NCBI GenBank assembly: GCA_965279375.1
Contig: OZ257156.1
Coordinates: 2,336,001-2,400,000 of the forward strand
Length of the DNA: 64,000 nucleotides
Direction of reading: 5' to 3'
Source: Gemmatimonas sp.
GTDB lineage: Bacteria; Gemmatimonadota; Gemmatimonadetes; Gemmatimonadales; Gemmatimonadaceae
This document shows positions 1-8,923 of this stretch, piece after piece (position 1 is the first letter of the stretch; every line of letters starts with the position of its first letter). The position numbers and the translations under genes were made by a program. The notes under the pieces were generated by a model, which was not told the DNA's origin, searched no databases, and worked only from the letters and a program-made list of their open reading frames with translations.

Positions 1-46
1 ACCGACATGTCCATGACTTTCCAGTTAACGTCTGATCTGCGCCCGC

Positions 47-1201
47 TCAGCGACCCCAAGCCGCGCACACCTGTTCCAGCACAGCGGTCGCCTGCTCCAG
101 CTGTTCATGCTCCACCCACTCCTCGGCGGAGTGCGCACGCGCAATATCACCGGGCCCGAAGCACAGCGCTGGTATACCGGCCGCGTTGAACAATGCCGCA
201 TCGGTCCAGCAGGCGAGCCCCGTGACCGTTTCGCTGAGCCCTTGAGCGCCCACGGCAGACAACACCGCACGCGTCAGCGGCGCATCCAGCGCAAGATCGC
301 TGGGTGGCTGCGCGCACGCGAGGGAGAGCGTCGCCTCGAATTCCGGACGTGACGCGCGGATCTCGTCGCAGAGTGCCTGCACTTCCTGCATGACACTCAC
401 AGCGAGTTCACCCGGAATCGTGCGGCGCTCGATGCGCAGCGTGCACTGATCGGCATATGTAGACCAACCCGTTCCGCCGTGAATCGTCGCGGCATGCAAC
501 GATGGACGACCGAGCAGCGGATGTTGACGCTGCGTCAGCACGTCGTACTCGAATCGATCGAGCGCTGCGAGGAGTAGTCCGGCATGCCGTACCGCATCCA
601 CTCCCACGTCGTAGCGACTGCCGTGTGCGGCGATGCCGCGTAGCACGACCTCGATCCACGCAAAGCCCTTGTGCGACGGCACGACGGCGAGACGCGTTGG
701 CTCCGTGACGATCGCGCCCGCAGCACGCAGTCCATTCTCCAGCAATGCACGTGTGCCGATCGATTCGTACTCCTCGTCGCACACGGCGGCGATCACCATC
801 TCGCTGACGAGCGAGCCGCGCGCCGAGGCCCGCGCGGCGGCGACGCACATCGCGGCGATTCCGCCTTTCATGTCACTCGAGCCGCGTGCGTACAGGCTAC
901 CGTTGCGAGTCAGTGGCACGAACGGGTCATGCACCATGCCGTCGGTGCCGACGACGTCGAGGTGGCCGTTGAGCACCAACGGCGTTCGTCCGGTCGGACC
1001 GATGCGCGCTACGACATTCGGCCGCCCAGGAGCGACTTCATCCAACGACACGGCGAAGCCCCAGCCGCTCAGTACCTTCGCCAAGAACTGCGCGCACGCC
1101 ATCTCACCGGGTGCGCCAGGCACCAGGCTGGGATTGCGCGAATCGATCGCGACGAGCGCTTCAGTGAGCGCGATGGGATCGAGCGGGAATCGAGAATGCA
1201 C
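47..1201 (-). CDS. M20 family metallo-deacetylase (ArgE/DapE-like)
   Basis: Motifs NGHLDVV, YARGSSDMKGG, DEE, EPT, AHGS, GPG...AHS.EEW. In-frame GTG at 1201 chosen because the ORF-track start (1498) overlaps the next gene. Confidence 0.9.
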   Translation of the reverse strand: MHSRFPLDPIALTEALVAIDSRNPSLVPGAPGEMACAQFLAKVLSGWGFAVSLDEVAPGRPNVVARIGPTGRTPLVLNGHLDVVGTDGMVHDPFVPLTRNGSLYARGSSDMKGGIAAMCVAAARASARGSLVSEMVIAAVCDEEYESIGTRALLENGLRAAGAIVTEPTRLAVVPSHKGFAWIEVVLRGIAAHGSRYDVGVDAVRHAGLLLAALDRFEYDVLTQRQHPLLGRPSLHAATIHGGTGWSTYADQCTLRIERRTIPGELAVSVMQEVQALCDEIRASRPEFEATLSLACAQPPSDLALDAPLTRAVLSAVGAQGLSETVTGLACWTDAALFNAAGIPALCFGPGDIARAHSAEEWVEHEQLEQATAVLEQVCAAWGR

Positions 1202-1248
1202 AGGGTTGGCTGAGACACCCGGAGCATACCGCGCGGTGGCGCGATTGG

Positions 1249-2229
1249 TCAGTCCGCGTCGCTCCACGAAACACGCGCACCATTCCGTGCCACTCGCCAC
1301 GGCAGCAGCTCGCCCCACGCTCTTGCCGCCCCCTCCACCGCACGAATCCGCTCCGGCGGTGCCATGACGATCACGCACCCACCGCCCGACGCACCCAGCG
1401 CCTTTACCGCCGATGCCCCTGCACGGCGCGTCGCCTCTTCCAGGCGGTCGATCCGTTCGGTGCTGATCTTGGGATGCAGCGATCGCTGATGGATCCAATG
1501 CTCATCCACCAGCGCGGCAAGACTCGACACATCGCCGGCGGCTATCGCGTCGCGCATCGACATCGCCAGCGTCTTCATGCGATCCAGCGCCTGCAGCACG
1601 CGCGGCTCCCGATCGGCGTACGCATTCAGCACCGCCGAGATCGTCGTTCCGGAGATTCGCGACTCGCCTGTATAGATGAGCAGGCACTGCGCCTCTAGCG
1701 CGTCGCAGGCGGTCTGCGTCAGCGGGATCTGCTCCACGGTCGTCTCGCGACCGAACGTCAAGCCGAGCGCGCCGCCGAACGCGGCGGCATAGTGGTCCTG
1801 AAAGCCGCCCGCCACTCCAAGTTCGTTCACTTCCACCGCGCGGCTCCACTCGGCGAGCGCCTGCGGGTCGGTCGGGCGCTTCTGTAGCGTGGCCAGCGCG
1901 ATCGCGAGGGCGACGCCTGCCGCCGAGGACCCGCCTAGCCCTGCGGCAACGGGAAAATCGGACGTGAGCGCGCAGCGATGCAGTGACCCGACGGGACCAT
2001 GACGAGCAGCCGCACGAAGCGCGGCGGCCACGAGCGGGCCGTCGTCCGATGGCGGGCCGTCGGTCGGGGCAAATCGGAATGCGACCGTCGCTCGTCGCTC
2101 GATGGCGAGGTTACAAACGAAGCCGCCTCGCTCTTCGGGGAAGGGTGGGACATCTGTCCACCCTCCGCCAAAGTCGAGGCGCGTCGGCGCCGACGCGCTG
2201 AGCGTGCGGCGCAATTGAGGCTCGTTCAC
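1249..2229 (-). CDS. GHMP kinase, HddA-like (heptose-7-phosphate/sugar kinase)
   Basis: APTRLDFGGGWTD N-terminal motif, PVAAGLGGSSA ATP-binding loop, G.QD.YAAAFGG, KALGASGGG. Confidence 0.85.
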   Translation of the reverse strand: MNEPQLRRTLSASAPTRLDFGGGWTDVPPFPEERGGFVCNLAIERRATVAFRFAPTDGPPSDDGPLVAAALRAAARHGPVGSLHRCALTSDFPVAAGLGGSSAAGVALAIALATLQKRPTDPQALAEWSRAVEVNELGVAGGFQDHYAAAFGGALGLTFGRETTVEQIPLTQTACDALEAQCLLIYTGESRISGTTISAVLNAYADREPRVLQALDRMKTLAMSMRDAIAAGDVSSLAALVDEHWIHQRSLHPKISTERIDRLEEATRRAGASAVKALGASGGGCVIVMAPPERIRAVEGAARAWGELLPWRVARNGARVSWSDAD

Positions 2230-2242
2230 GCGAGCCCGGTAC

Positions 2243-3124
2243 TTACTTCTTGGCGGTCTTCTTGGCCGGTGCCTTGGCGGCCGGCTTGGCCGGCGCCTTG
2301 GCCGCAGGCTTCGCAGGGGCCTTGGCCGGCGCCTTAGATGCAGACTTCGCAGCAGGAGCAGCCTTGGCTGGCGCGGCCGACTTGGCGGGAGCCGCAGCCT
2401 TAGCCGGCGCCTTTGCCGCTGGCTTGGCGGCGGGCGCAGCCTTGGCCGGAGCTGCGGCCTTCGCAGGCGCAGCAGCCTTTACCGGTTCCGGCGCCGGAGC
2501 AGCCTTGGCGGGTGCCTTGGCTGCGGGCTTCTCGGCGACCTTCTCGGCCGGCTTTTCCGCGACCTTCTCGACGACCTTCTCCGCAACCTTCTCAACCTTG
2601 GGCGCGACGGGCTTGGCGACCGGCGCCGGGCGATCCGGAGAGCGAGGCGGTTCGATGCGCATGGCGGCGCGCGCTTCGAGCGCTGCCTCGGCGGCGGCGG
2701 CGGGAGCCGCGACAGCCTTGGGCATCTGGCCGAGCGGGATCGGCTTTGGCGGTGGCGCCTTGGGTTCCGGCTTGGGGAGCGAGCCGTGCTTGGCGATGTA
2801 CGCCGCCTCGGCCTGCTGGATCAGCACTTCGGCTTCCTCGGCGCCCATCTGGCCGCGGCGGACCATGTAATGCACCAGGTCGCGAGCGCTTTCGATGGCG
2901 AAGGCGCTGAATCCCGCCGCCGCACCGATCACTTCGCGCATGGCGCCGGCCATCTTGCTGCCGGCCTCCAGGCTGATTTCATGCGCCCGCGCGGCCATTT
3001 CGGCAGCGGTGTCGCGCGCATCCGCAGCGCGGTGTCCAGGGCCACGACGAGGGGGGGGGCTGGCGGCCGGTGCGGCCTCGCCTTCCGTCATCGCTTCGTC
3101 GTCTTCCTGCGGCTTATCGGCCAT
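2243..3124 (-). CDS. Phasin-like N-terminal domain plus histone-H1-like Ala/Lys/Pro tail (PhaF/AlgP-like)
   Basis: AAGGAG before ATG 3124; helical segment AAAGFSAFAIESARDLVHYMVRRGQMGAEEAE; long PAK/AAK repeat tail. Confidence 0.65.
   Translation of the reverse strand: MADKPQEDDEAMTEGEAAPAASPPPRRGPGHRAADARDTAAEMAARAHEISLEAGSKMAGAMREVIGAAAGFSAFAIESARDLVHYMVRRGQMGAEEAEVLIQQAEAAYIAKHGSLPKPEPKAPPPKPIPLGQMPKAVAAPAAAAEAALEARAAMRIEPPRSPDRPAPVAKPVAPKVEKVAEKVVEKVAEKPAEKVAEKPAAKAPAKAAPAPEPVKAAAPAKAAAPAKAAPAAKPAAKAPAKAAAPAKSAAPAKAAPAAKSASKAPAKAPAKPAAKAPAKPAAKAPAKKTAKK
2246..2620 (-). repeat. Low-complexity coding repeats (KVAEK x several; APAKA/PAAKA)
   Basis: Repeated gccttggc and gaccttctc units in the DNA encode the basic tail. 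Confidence 0.85.
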
Positions 3125-3400
3125 GGATCGAACGCACTCCTTCCGCCAAACATGGTGGGCACGGAGACCTGGAGTGCGTACCGCGCGCTCTAGCAAGCGC
3201 GCATTGTGCCTTCCGGGTCGTCCAGAATGCGGGTAACTATATGATTTTCAGACATCTACGCAAGTCGCTGCGGTGCAAAAAGTGCCCTCGACATACATGG
3301 TATATGCGAGCTGCGGCCGGGATCGACTGGTGCGAGAGCGCTCGGCGATCCATTCGGAATAGAGAATTTAGAAGCACTATCAGGACATTTTGGAAACAGT

Positions 3401-4528
3401 ATGAAGACACTTCCGCTAAAAGACGTTCGAGTGCTCGATCTGTCGCGGGTGCTCGCCGGGCCACTCTGCACGATGATGCTGGGTGATCTGGGGGCGAACG
3501 TCATCAAGGTCGAGCGGCCTGGCACGGGCGACGACACGCGTGGTTGGGGGCCGCCGTTCGCGGCGGATGGGCAGTCGGCCTATTTCCTGAGCAGCAATCG
3601 GAACAAGCTCTCGATCGCTGCTGACTTCCGGAATCCGGAAGATCGCGATCTCGTTTTGTCGCTCATCCGCGGCGCGGATGTCGTCATCGACAACTTCCTA
3701 CCCGGCTCACTGGCTCGATATGGGCTTGATAGAGCTTCTGAACTGGCAGCTAATGAGCGCCTGATCTGGTGCTCGATCTCCGGATTTGGCGCAGATAGCC
3801 AGCGACCCGGCTACGATTTCGTCGTGCAAGCCGAATCCGGGTGGATGTCGATCAACGGCCCCGAGGCCGGACCGCCGATGCGAACCGGGGTTGCCTTGGT
3901 CGATGTCATTACCGGCAAGGACGCGGCGATCGCCATTCTCGCTGCGCTGGCGGGCCGGGAGCTTGGGCACCCGATCGAGCGAGAGATCGAGATCTCGCTG
4001 CTCGGGAGCGCGACCGCGGCGCTCATCAACGTTGGGCAGAACACGCTCGTCAGCGGACTGGAAGCCAAGCGCTGGGGCAACGCGCACCCCAACCTCGTCC
4101 CCTATCAGTTGTTCGACGCGGCGGACCGGCCGTTCGTGATCGCGGTCGGGTCAGACACGCAATGGATTGCGGCGGCCAACGCGCTCGGCCTGTCCGAGCT
4201 CGCAGCCGACCCCGCGCTGGCGACCAACGCCGGCCGCCTCGCCCACCGGCAGCGCCTCGTCGACGCTATCACAGCCCGGGTGCTGGGCGCGGACGCCTCC
4301 GTCTGGCTGGCCGCGCTCGATGCCGCCGGCGTCCCCTGTGGCGTGGTCCGTTCCGTCGGCGAAGCGTTACAGAATGTGCAGGCGTCGCCGGTCACAGGAA
4401 TCTCGTCCCCAGTGAACGGTGTCGTTCGCTACCCGCCACCGTCACTAAGTGCGCACAAAAAAGAAATTCAAGAAAAACAGTGGAGAGCTTTCGATGACGT
4501 GCCGATACTGCCTCAACAGGTCCTGTGA
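3401..4528 (+). CDS. CoA-transferase family III (CaiB/BaiF)
   Basis: VRVLDLSRVLAGP, LGDLGANVIKVERPGTGDDTR, NRNK, RPGYDFVVQAESG, GNAHPNLVPY. Confidence 0.93.
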   Translation: MKTLPLKDVRVLDLSRVLAGPLCTMMLGDLGANVIKVERPGTGDDTRGWGPPFAADGQSAYFLSSNRNKLSIAADFRNPEDRDLVLSLIRGADVVIDNFLPGSLARYGLDRASELAANERLIWCSISGFGADSQRPGYDFVVQAESGWMSINGPEAGPPMRTGVALVDVITGKDAAIAILAALAGRELGHPIEREIEISLLGSATAALINVGQNTLVSGLEAKRWGNAHPNLVPYQLFDAADRPFVIAVGSDTQWIAAANALGLSELAADPALATNAGRLAHRQRLVDAITARVLGADASVWLAALDAAGVPCGVVRSVGEALQNVQASPVTGISSPVNGVVRYPPPSLSAHKKEIQEKQWRAFDDVPILPQQVL

Positions 4529-4639
4529 CTTCCCATCTGTCGGTTCGTCCACTCAACGAGACGAGAAGCAACGATGTCCTCTACGATTCCGTGGTCAGCA
4601 GGGGTGTCGGTCCCGATCGTGCGGCGCTATTCTGGCACC

Positions 4640-5206
4640 GTGACTATGTCGGAACCCGAAATCCAGCTCCCCGAGGTCGATTCAGACCAGGATGTCATCT
4701 CCCGCGTAATCGCGGGTGATCGCGACGCATTCGCGGTGCTAATCGGTCGGTACAGCGATCCGCTGTACCGTCACGCTCTTGGCATGACGGGCAGTCCTGA
4801 CGTCGCCGAGGACATTCTCCAGACGTCGTTCATCAAGGCCTACCATCACCTGACCGAGGTGCGTGGCCGCTTCGACGCCTGGTTGTTCCGGATCGTTGCG
4901 AACGGGTGCAAGGATTGGCTGAAGAACATTCGGCGCACGCACCTGAGCTACGACGAAGACGATCAGCCCTCCGGCTATGCGAGCCCCGATGAGGACCTCG
5001 ACCGCACCGAACTGCGGAACGACCTCGACTATGCGCTCGCACAGCTGGCCCCATCGCTCCGCGAAGCCTTCATCATGAAGCACGTTGAAGGACGTTCGTA
5101 CGAAGAGATGGCGGACCTTCTGGGGACCACCGTAGGCGCACTGAAGATGCGCGTGCATCGGGCACGCGAGGCTCTTCAGGCCCTGCTCGAGGAGAAATAC
5201 GCCTGA
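4640..5206 (+). CDS. ECF-type RNA polymerase sigma-70 factor
   Basis: Region 2 (AEDILQTSFIKAY, FDAWLFRIVANGCKD) and region 4 (SYEEMADLLGTTVGALKMRVHRAR). Start is GTG 4640 or ATG 4646. Confidence 0.93.
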   Translation: MTMSEPEIQLPEVDSDQDVISRVIAGDRDAFAVLIGRYSDPLYRHALGMTGSPDVAEDILQTSFIKAYHHLTEVRGRFDAWLFRIVANGCKDWLKNIRRTHLSYDEDDQPSGYASPDEDLDRTELRNDLDYALAQLAPSLREAFIMKHVEGRSYEEMADLLGTTVGALKMRVHRAREALQALLEEKYA

Positions 5207-5679
5207 TGCTAGACCAACACGAAGCGCACGACGGCTCGAACGACCTGAGCCAGCACAAGGAGCACCGCGATGCCGCGGGCGACCGTCCGCAGGCCGACCG
5301 TCCGCTCGCTGATCGCGAAGTGCCGCTTCAGGGATTGACCGCAGCGACCGACGGTGCCGCCCTCGCGATCAATCACTGGCTGGATGGCGATGTGACCGAA
5401 GCCGACGCGCGTCGCGCGGACAGCAAGCAGGTGGACATGTGGAAGCTCGTGGCGGCGGAGACCGATCGCCGCAAGCGCATGGTGACGCCGGCCCACGTGG
5501 CCGCCAACATCATGGCCGCATTGCCGGAAAAGCAGATCCAGACCTCCGCCGCGAAGGTCGCGACTACCGCGACCGTGTCGCAGGTGGAGTCGGAGCGTGG
5601 ATTGTCGGTGAACATGGCTGCCGCGATCGGTGCGGGGCTGTTCGCCATCGGACTCGCGATCGGCAAGCTGGTGCTGTAG
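5206..5679 (+). CDS. Putative anti-sigma factor with C-terminal membrane anchor
   Basis: TGATG stop/start overlap with the sigma gene; INHWLDGD resembles anti-sigma N-termini; hydrophobic C-terminal helix AAAIGAGLFAIGLAIGKLVL. Confidence 0.6.
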   Translation: MLDQHEAHDGSNDLSQHKEHRDAAGDRPQADRPLADREVPLQGLTAATDGAALAINHWLDGDVTEADARRADSKQVDMWKLVAAETDRRKRMVTPAHVAANIMAALPEKQIQTSAAKVATTATVSQVESERGLSVNMAAAIGAGLFAIGLAIGKLVL

Positions 5680-5706
5680 TCACACGCGCAGTCTGGCAGC
5701 AAACGA

Positions 5707-5742
5707 AAGCGCCCGGCCGGAGAGACTCTCCGCCGGGCGCTT
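5707..5742 (+). terminator. Intrinsic terminator hairpin after the sigma/anti-sigma pair
   Basis: AAGCGCCCGGC...GCCGGGCGCTT inverted repeat followed by CGTGTTTC. Confidence 0.7.
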
Positions 5743-5843
5743 CGTGTTTCCCGCCGCACCGAGCGCCGTGACTGGCGTCTCGCGCTTCCCGGTGATCTCC
5801 GGCGCGGCTTGACAGCCCGTTCGTGAAGGCGGAATGTCGCCCA

Positions 5844-6689
5844 ATGCCCACTTCGCAGCCTTCCTTGTCGATCGCAAGCGCGCTGACCACCACCGGCGAC
5901 GTTCGTACGTGGCTCACCGCACTCGAGCAGCAGCTATTGGCAGCGCGAGACCGACGCGGCGTGTTCGTGACCGCATACCTCACCATCACGAAAGCCGTCG
6001 AGGCGCAGTGCGACGCCGGCGGATTCCACGACCCAGCGTGGGTTCGTCGCTATCTGGTCGCATTCGGCACGCTGTACCGCGACGCGCTGCGACAGGACCA
6101 ACTCGCGCGTGCGGCGACGGCCGCGAACCCTCCCGTACGAGTGCCCAAAGCCTGGCGCGTGGCCTTCGACGCCGCACGCGATCGACGCGGCTGGGTGATT
6201 CAGCACCTCATGCTCGGCGTCAACGCGCACATCAATCACGATCTGGCGCTCGCGCTGTTGATGGTCGGCATCGATACCGACCGTGCGCAGCGCTACGCCG
6301 ACCATACGGCGGTGAATGTGGTGCTCGAGCGCGCCACGCTGGCGCTCAAGACCGAGGTGGCAACCAAGTGGGCACCGATTCTCGAACGACTCGATCATGC
6401 GGGTGGCACCCTCGACGATGACGTCACCGAGTTCAGCATCGCCAAGGCGCGCGACCACGCGTGGGCGATGGCGGTCGCGATCGACGCGACGCGTGGGACG
6501 CCCGGTGAATCGCTCGTACGCATGGCGCTCAACGATCAGGCTGGCGTACTGGCCCGACTCATTCTCGCACCGCCGGTAGAGAGCCCTGTGATATCGCAAT
6601 CAAAGCGCGTGCTCGAACGACTCGATCAGGCGGCGCGCGTCGCCGATCGTGTGGCCGCGTTCGCTTCCGGTGGGCGCCTGGGACTGTAG
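5844..6689 (+). CDS. Conserved hypothetical protein, DUF5995-like
   Basis: GVFVTAYLTIT, VPKAWRVAF, HLMLGVNAHINHDLALAL. TTGACA (5809)-17 nt-GAATGT lies upstream of ATG 5844. Confidence 0.7.
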   Translation: MPTSQPSLSIASALTTTGDVRTWLTALEQQLLAARDRRGVFVTAYLTITKAVEAQCDAGGFHDPAWVRRYLVAFGTLYRDALRQDQLARAATAANPPVRVPKAWRVAFDAARDRRGWVIQHLMLGVNAHINHDLALALLMVGIDTDRAQRYADHTAVNVVLERATLALKTEVATKWAPILERLDHAGGTLDDDVTEFSIAKARDHAWAMAVAIDATRGTPGESLVRMALNDQAGVLARLILAPPVESPVISQSKRVLERLDQAARVADRVAAFASGGRLGL

Positions 6690-6776
6690 TCGCATCGCGC
6701 GCGACCAAACGGCGGAACGTTTCGATGACGCGGGGTCTGACGAGGTGCAGGTTTCTCTCATCAGCGAGCGCACCCG

Positions 6777-7133
6777 ATGTCCGACAAACAGAGCGGTTAC
6801 AAGCACGACGCCAGCGACAAGAAGCTCGACAAGGCAGCGGTGTCAGCGGCAGAAGTGGAAGCCGCAGCACATGGGCACGCGCACGCGGGACATGACCCCG
6901 AGAAGATTCGTCAGCACGACGACGCTGGAAAGGATCGCTTGTTCGAAGGACGCATTCAGCACGACGATGCGGACAAGGAAAGCAATCGCAATCGCTTGGA
7001 GAAAGACGTCGCCAAGCATCATCACGCGCCGGACGAGGTTGGGACGATCTCCGACACGGACACGCACTCGAAGCACGCAAAGGAAGAGAAAGCCGAGCAG
7101 AAGCACGAACACAAGATCGAACACAAGCACTAG
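6777..7133 (+). CDS. Small His/Asp/Lys/Glu-rich hydrophilic protein
   Basis: 118-aa ORF with host-like codon use, followed by a terminator hairpin. Confidence 0.75.
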   Translation: MSDKQSGYKHDASDKKLDKAAVSAAEVEAAAHGHAHAGHDPEKIRQHDDAGKDRLFEGRIQHDDADKESNRNRLEKDVAKHHHAPDEVGTISDTDTHSKHAKEEKAEQKHEHKIEHKH

Positions 7134-7153
7134 CCCGGCACGCGAAAAACTAA

Positions 7154-7187
7154 ACGGCCCGACGATGCAGAGGCATCGTCGGGCCGT
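7154..7187. terminator. Hairpin between convergent genes (probable bidirectional terminator)
   Basis: Perfect 15-bp stem ACGGCCCGACGATGC-AGAG-GCATCGTCGGGCCGT; A-run on the left gives a U-tract on the minus strand. Confidence 0.8.
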
Positions 7188-7208
7188 CGTGCGAATTGGA
7201 CCCTGTGG

Positions 7209-8618
7209 CTACATGTGCAACGCGCGACCGATCGCGCTCAAAGCCGCTTCCTTCACGGTCTCGCTGAGCGTGGGGTGCGAGTGCACCGTGATGCCGATGT
7301 CTTCCGCGCTGCCGCGGTACTCCATGGCCAGCACCACTTCGGACATGAGATCGGACACGTTGGGGCCGACCATGTGCGCGCCGAGGATTTCGTCTGTGGT
7401 AGCATCGACAACGAACTTCACGAAGCCCTGCGTCTCGCCCATCGTGCGTGCGCGGCCGTTGGCACTGAACGGGAACTTGCCGACGCGATAGGCTCGGCCG
7501 CTCGCCTTCACTTCCTGCTCCGTTTGACCAACGGTTGCAATCTCGGGCCACGTGTACACAACGCCGGGTACGGTGCGGTGGTGCATGTGCACCGGCTTGC
7601 CGGCGATGACTTCGGCCGCCACGACACCTTCTTCTTCGGCCTTGTGCGCGAGCAGCTTGCCACCGCACACGTCACCGATGGCATAGACGCCGGGGAGATT
7701 GGTATGCTGCTGATCGTCCACCACGATTTCGCCGCGCGTACCCATCGTCAGACCAAGTGCCGCTGCATCGACGCCGCGCAACAGCGGCTTGCGACCGACG
7801 GACACCAGCACGTAGTCCGCATCGATGCTGGACGGCGCGCCGTCCTTTTCCACGTGAATGGTCACACCATCATCACGCACATCGGCGCCGGTGACCTTCG
7901 TGCCCGTGTGGATCTCGAGGCCCTGCTTGCGGAAGATCTTGTCCGCTTCCTTGATCACGTCATCGTCGTTGCCGGGAAGAATCGTCGGCGCGAATTCGAT
8001 AACGGTGACCTTCGCGCCCAGGCGACGCCACACGCTCCCCAGCTCCAATCCGATCACGCCGCCGCCAACGACGATCAGATGCCGCGGGACTTCCGGAATC
8101 GTCAACGCGCCAACGTTCGACAACACCCGTTTCTCGTCGAAGCGGAGGAACGGCAGCTCCACCGGAATGGAGCCGGTCGCGATGATGACCGACTTGCCCT
8201 GCCACTGGGTCACCACGCCATCGGCGTCGGTGACTTCCACGATGTTGCCCGGCTTGAGCGCACCGAAGCCCTTGGCCCACGTGATCTTGTTCTTCTTGAA
8301 GAGGAACTCGACGCCTTTCGTGTTCTGCGCGACGACATCGCTCTTGCGCGCCATCATCGTCGGTAGATCGAGGCGAATCCCGTCCACCGCGATGCCATGC
8401 TCCGCGGAATGCAATCGCAGCCACTCGTAGTGCTCCGACGAGTGCAGCAGTGCTTTGGATGGAATGCACCCCACGTTGACGCAGGTGCCGCCGAGTGTCT
8501 TGTCGGACTCGACGCAGGTGACAGAGAGGCCCAGCTGGGCCGCGCGAATACTGGCGACATAGCCGCCCGGGCCGCCGCCCAGCACCACGACGTCGGCAGT
8601 GAGGAGTTGGGGAGTCAT
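7209..8618 (-). CDS. lpdA: Dihydrolipoyl dehydrogenase (E3)
   Basis: GGGPGG FAD motif, GGTCVNVGCIPSK redox disulfide, GGGVIGLE NAD motif, HSHPTLSE. Confidence 0.97.
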   Translation of the reverse strand: MTPQLLTADVVVLGGGPGGYVASIRAAQLGLSVTCVESDKTLGGTCVNVGCIPSKALLHSSEHYEWLRLHSAEHGIAVDGIRLDLPTMMARKSDVVAQNTKGVEFLFKKNKITWAKGFGALKPGNIVEVTDADGVVTQWQGKSVIIATGSIPVELPFLRFDEKRVLSNVGALTIPEVPRHLIVVGGGVIGLELGSVWRRLGAKVTVIEFAPTILPGNDDDVIKEADKIFRKQGLEIHTGTKVTGADVRDDGVTIHVEKDGAPSSIDADYVLVSVGRKPLLRGVDAAALGLTMGTRGEIVVDDQQHTNLPGVYAIGDVCGGKLLAHKAEEEGVVAAEVIAGKPVHMHHRTVPGVVYTWPEIATVGQTEQEVKASGRAYRVGKFPFSANGRARTMGETQGFVKFVVDATTDEILGAHMVGPNVSDLMSEVVLAMEYRGSAEDIGITVHSHPTLSETVKEAALSAIGRALHM

Positions 8619-8802
8619 GCCGGAAACTTAACGAGGGCGAGGGGGCATTCGTCCAATCGACCGTTCGGACGCTGCGCGTTGAATCGGAGTCGAGCTCCAA
8701 TCCAATTCGCGCGTGACGGCGTATATCGTCGGGCGTCTATCGCACGACAACCGTCGGACGCGACTCCAATCCTCGCATTGAAACGCGAACCGGCGGAAAC
8801 AC

Positions 8803-8844
8803 CACGCGGTACCAGTCACTCTCACGAGTGGCTGGTACCGCGTG
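8803..8844. terminator. Long hairpin downstream of sucB
   Basis: 19-bp stem CACGCGGTACCAGTCACTC / GAGTGGCTGGTACCGCGTG with a 4-nt loop. Confidence 0.7.
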
Positions 8845-8923
8845 TCCTTTCTGCCTGTGTTTTGTCCCAACACGTACGCGGTCGTTACAGCACGCGCACG
8901 AATCGTTTCGGCGCGTGTTGTTC

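Noticed and set aside
1..14. Possible start of a minus-strand gene running off the left edge
   Set aside because: Only about four codons are visible, so no call can be supported.
3051..3059. G9 homopolymer (and G8 at 10117-10124) as phase-variation tracts
   Set aside because: Both encode Pro runs in intact frames, one in the housekeeping gene sucB; short G runs are unremarkable at this GC.
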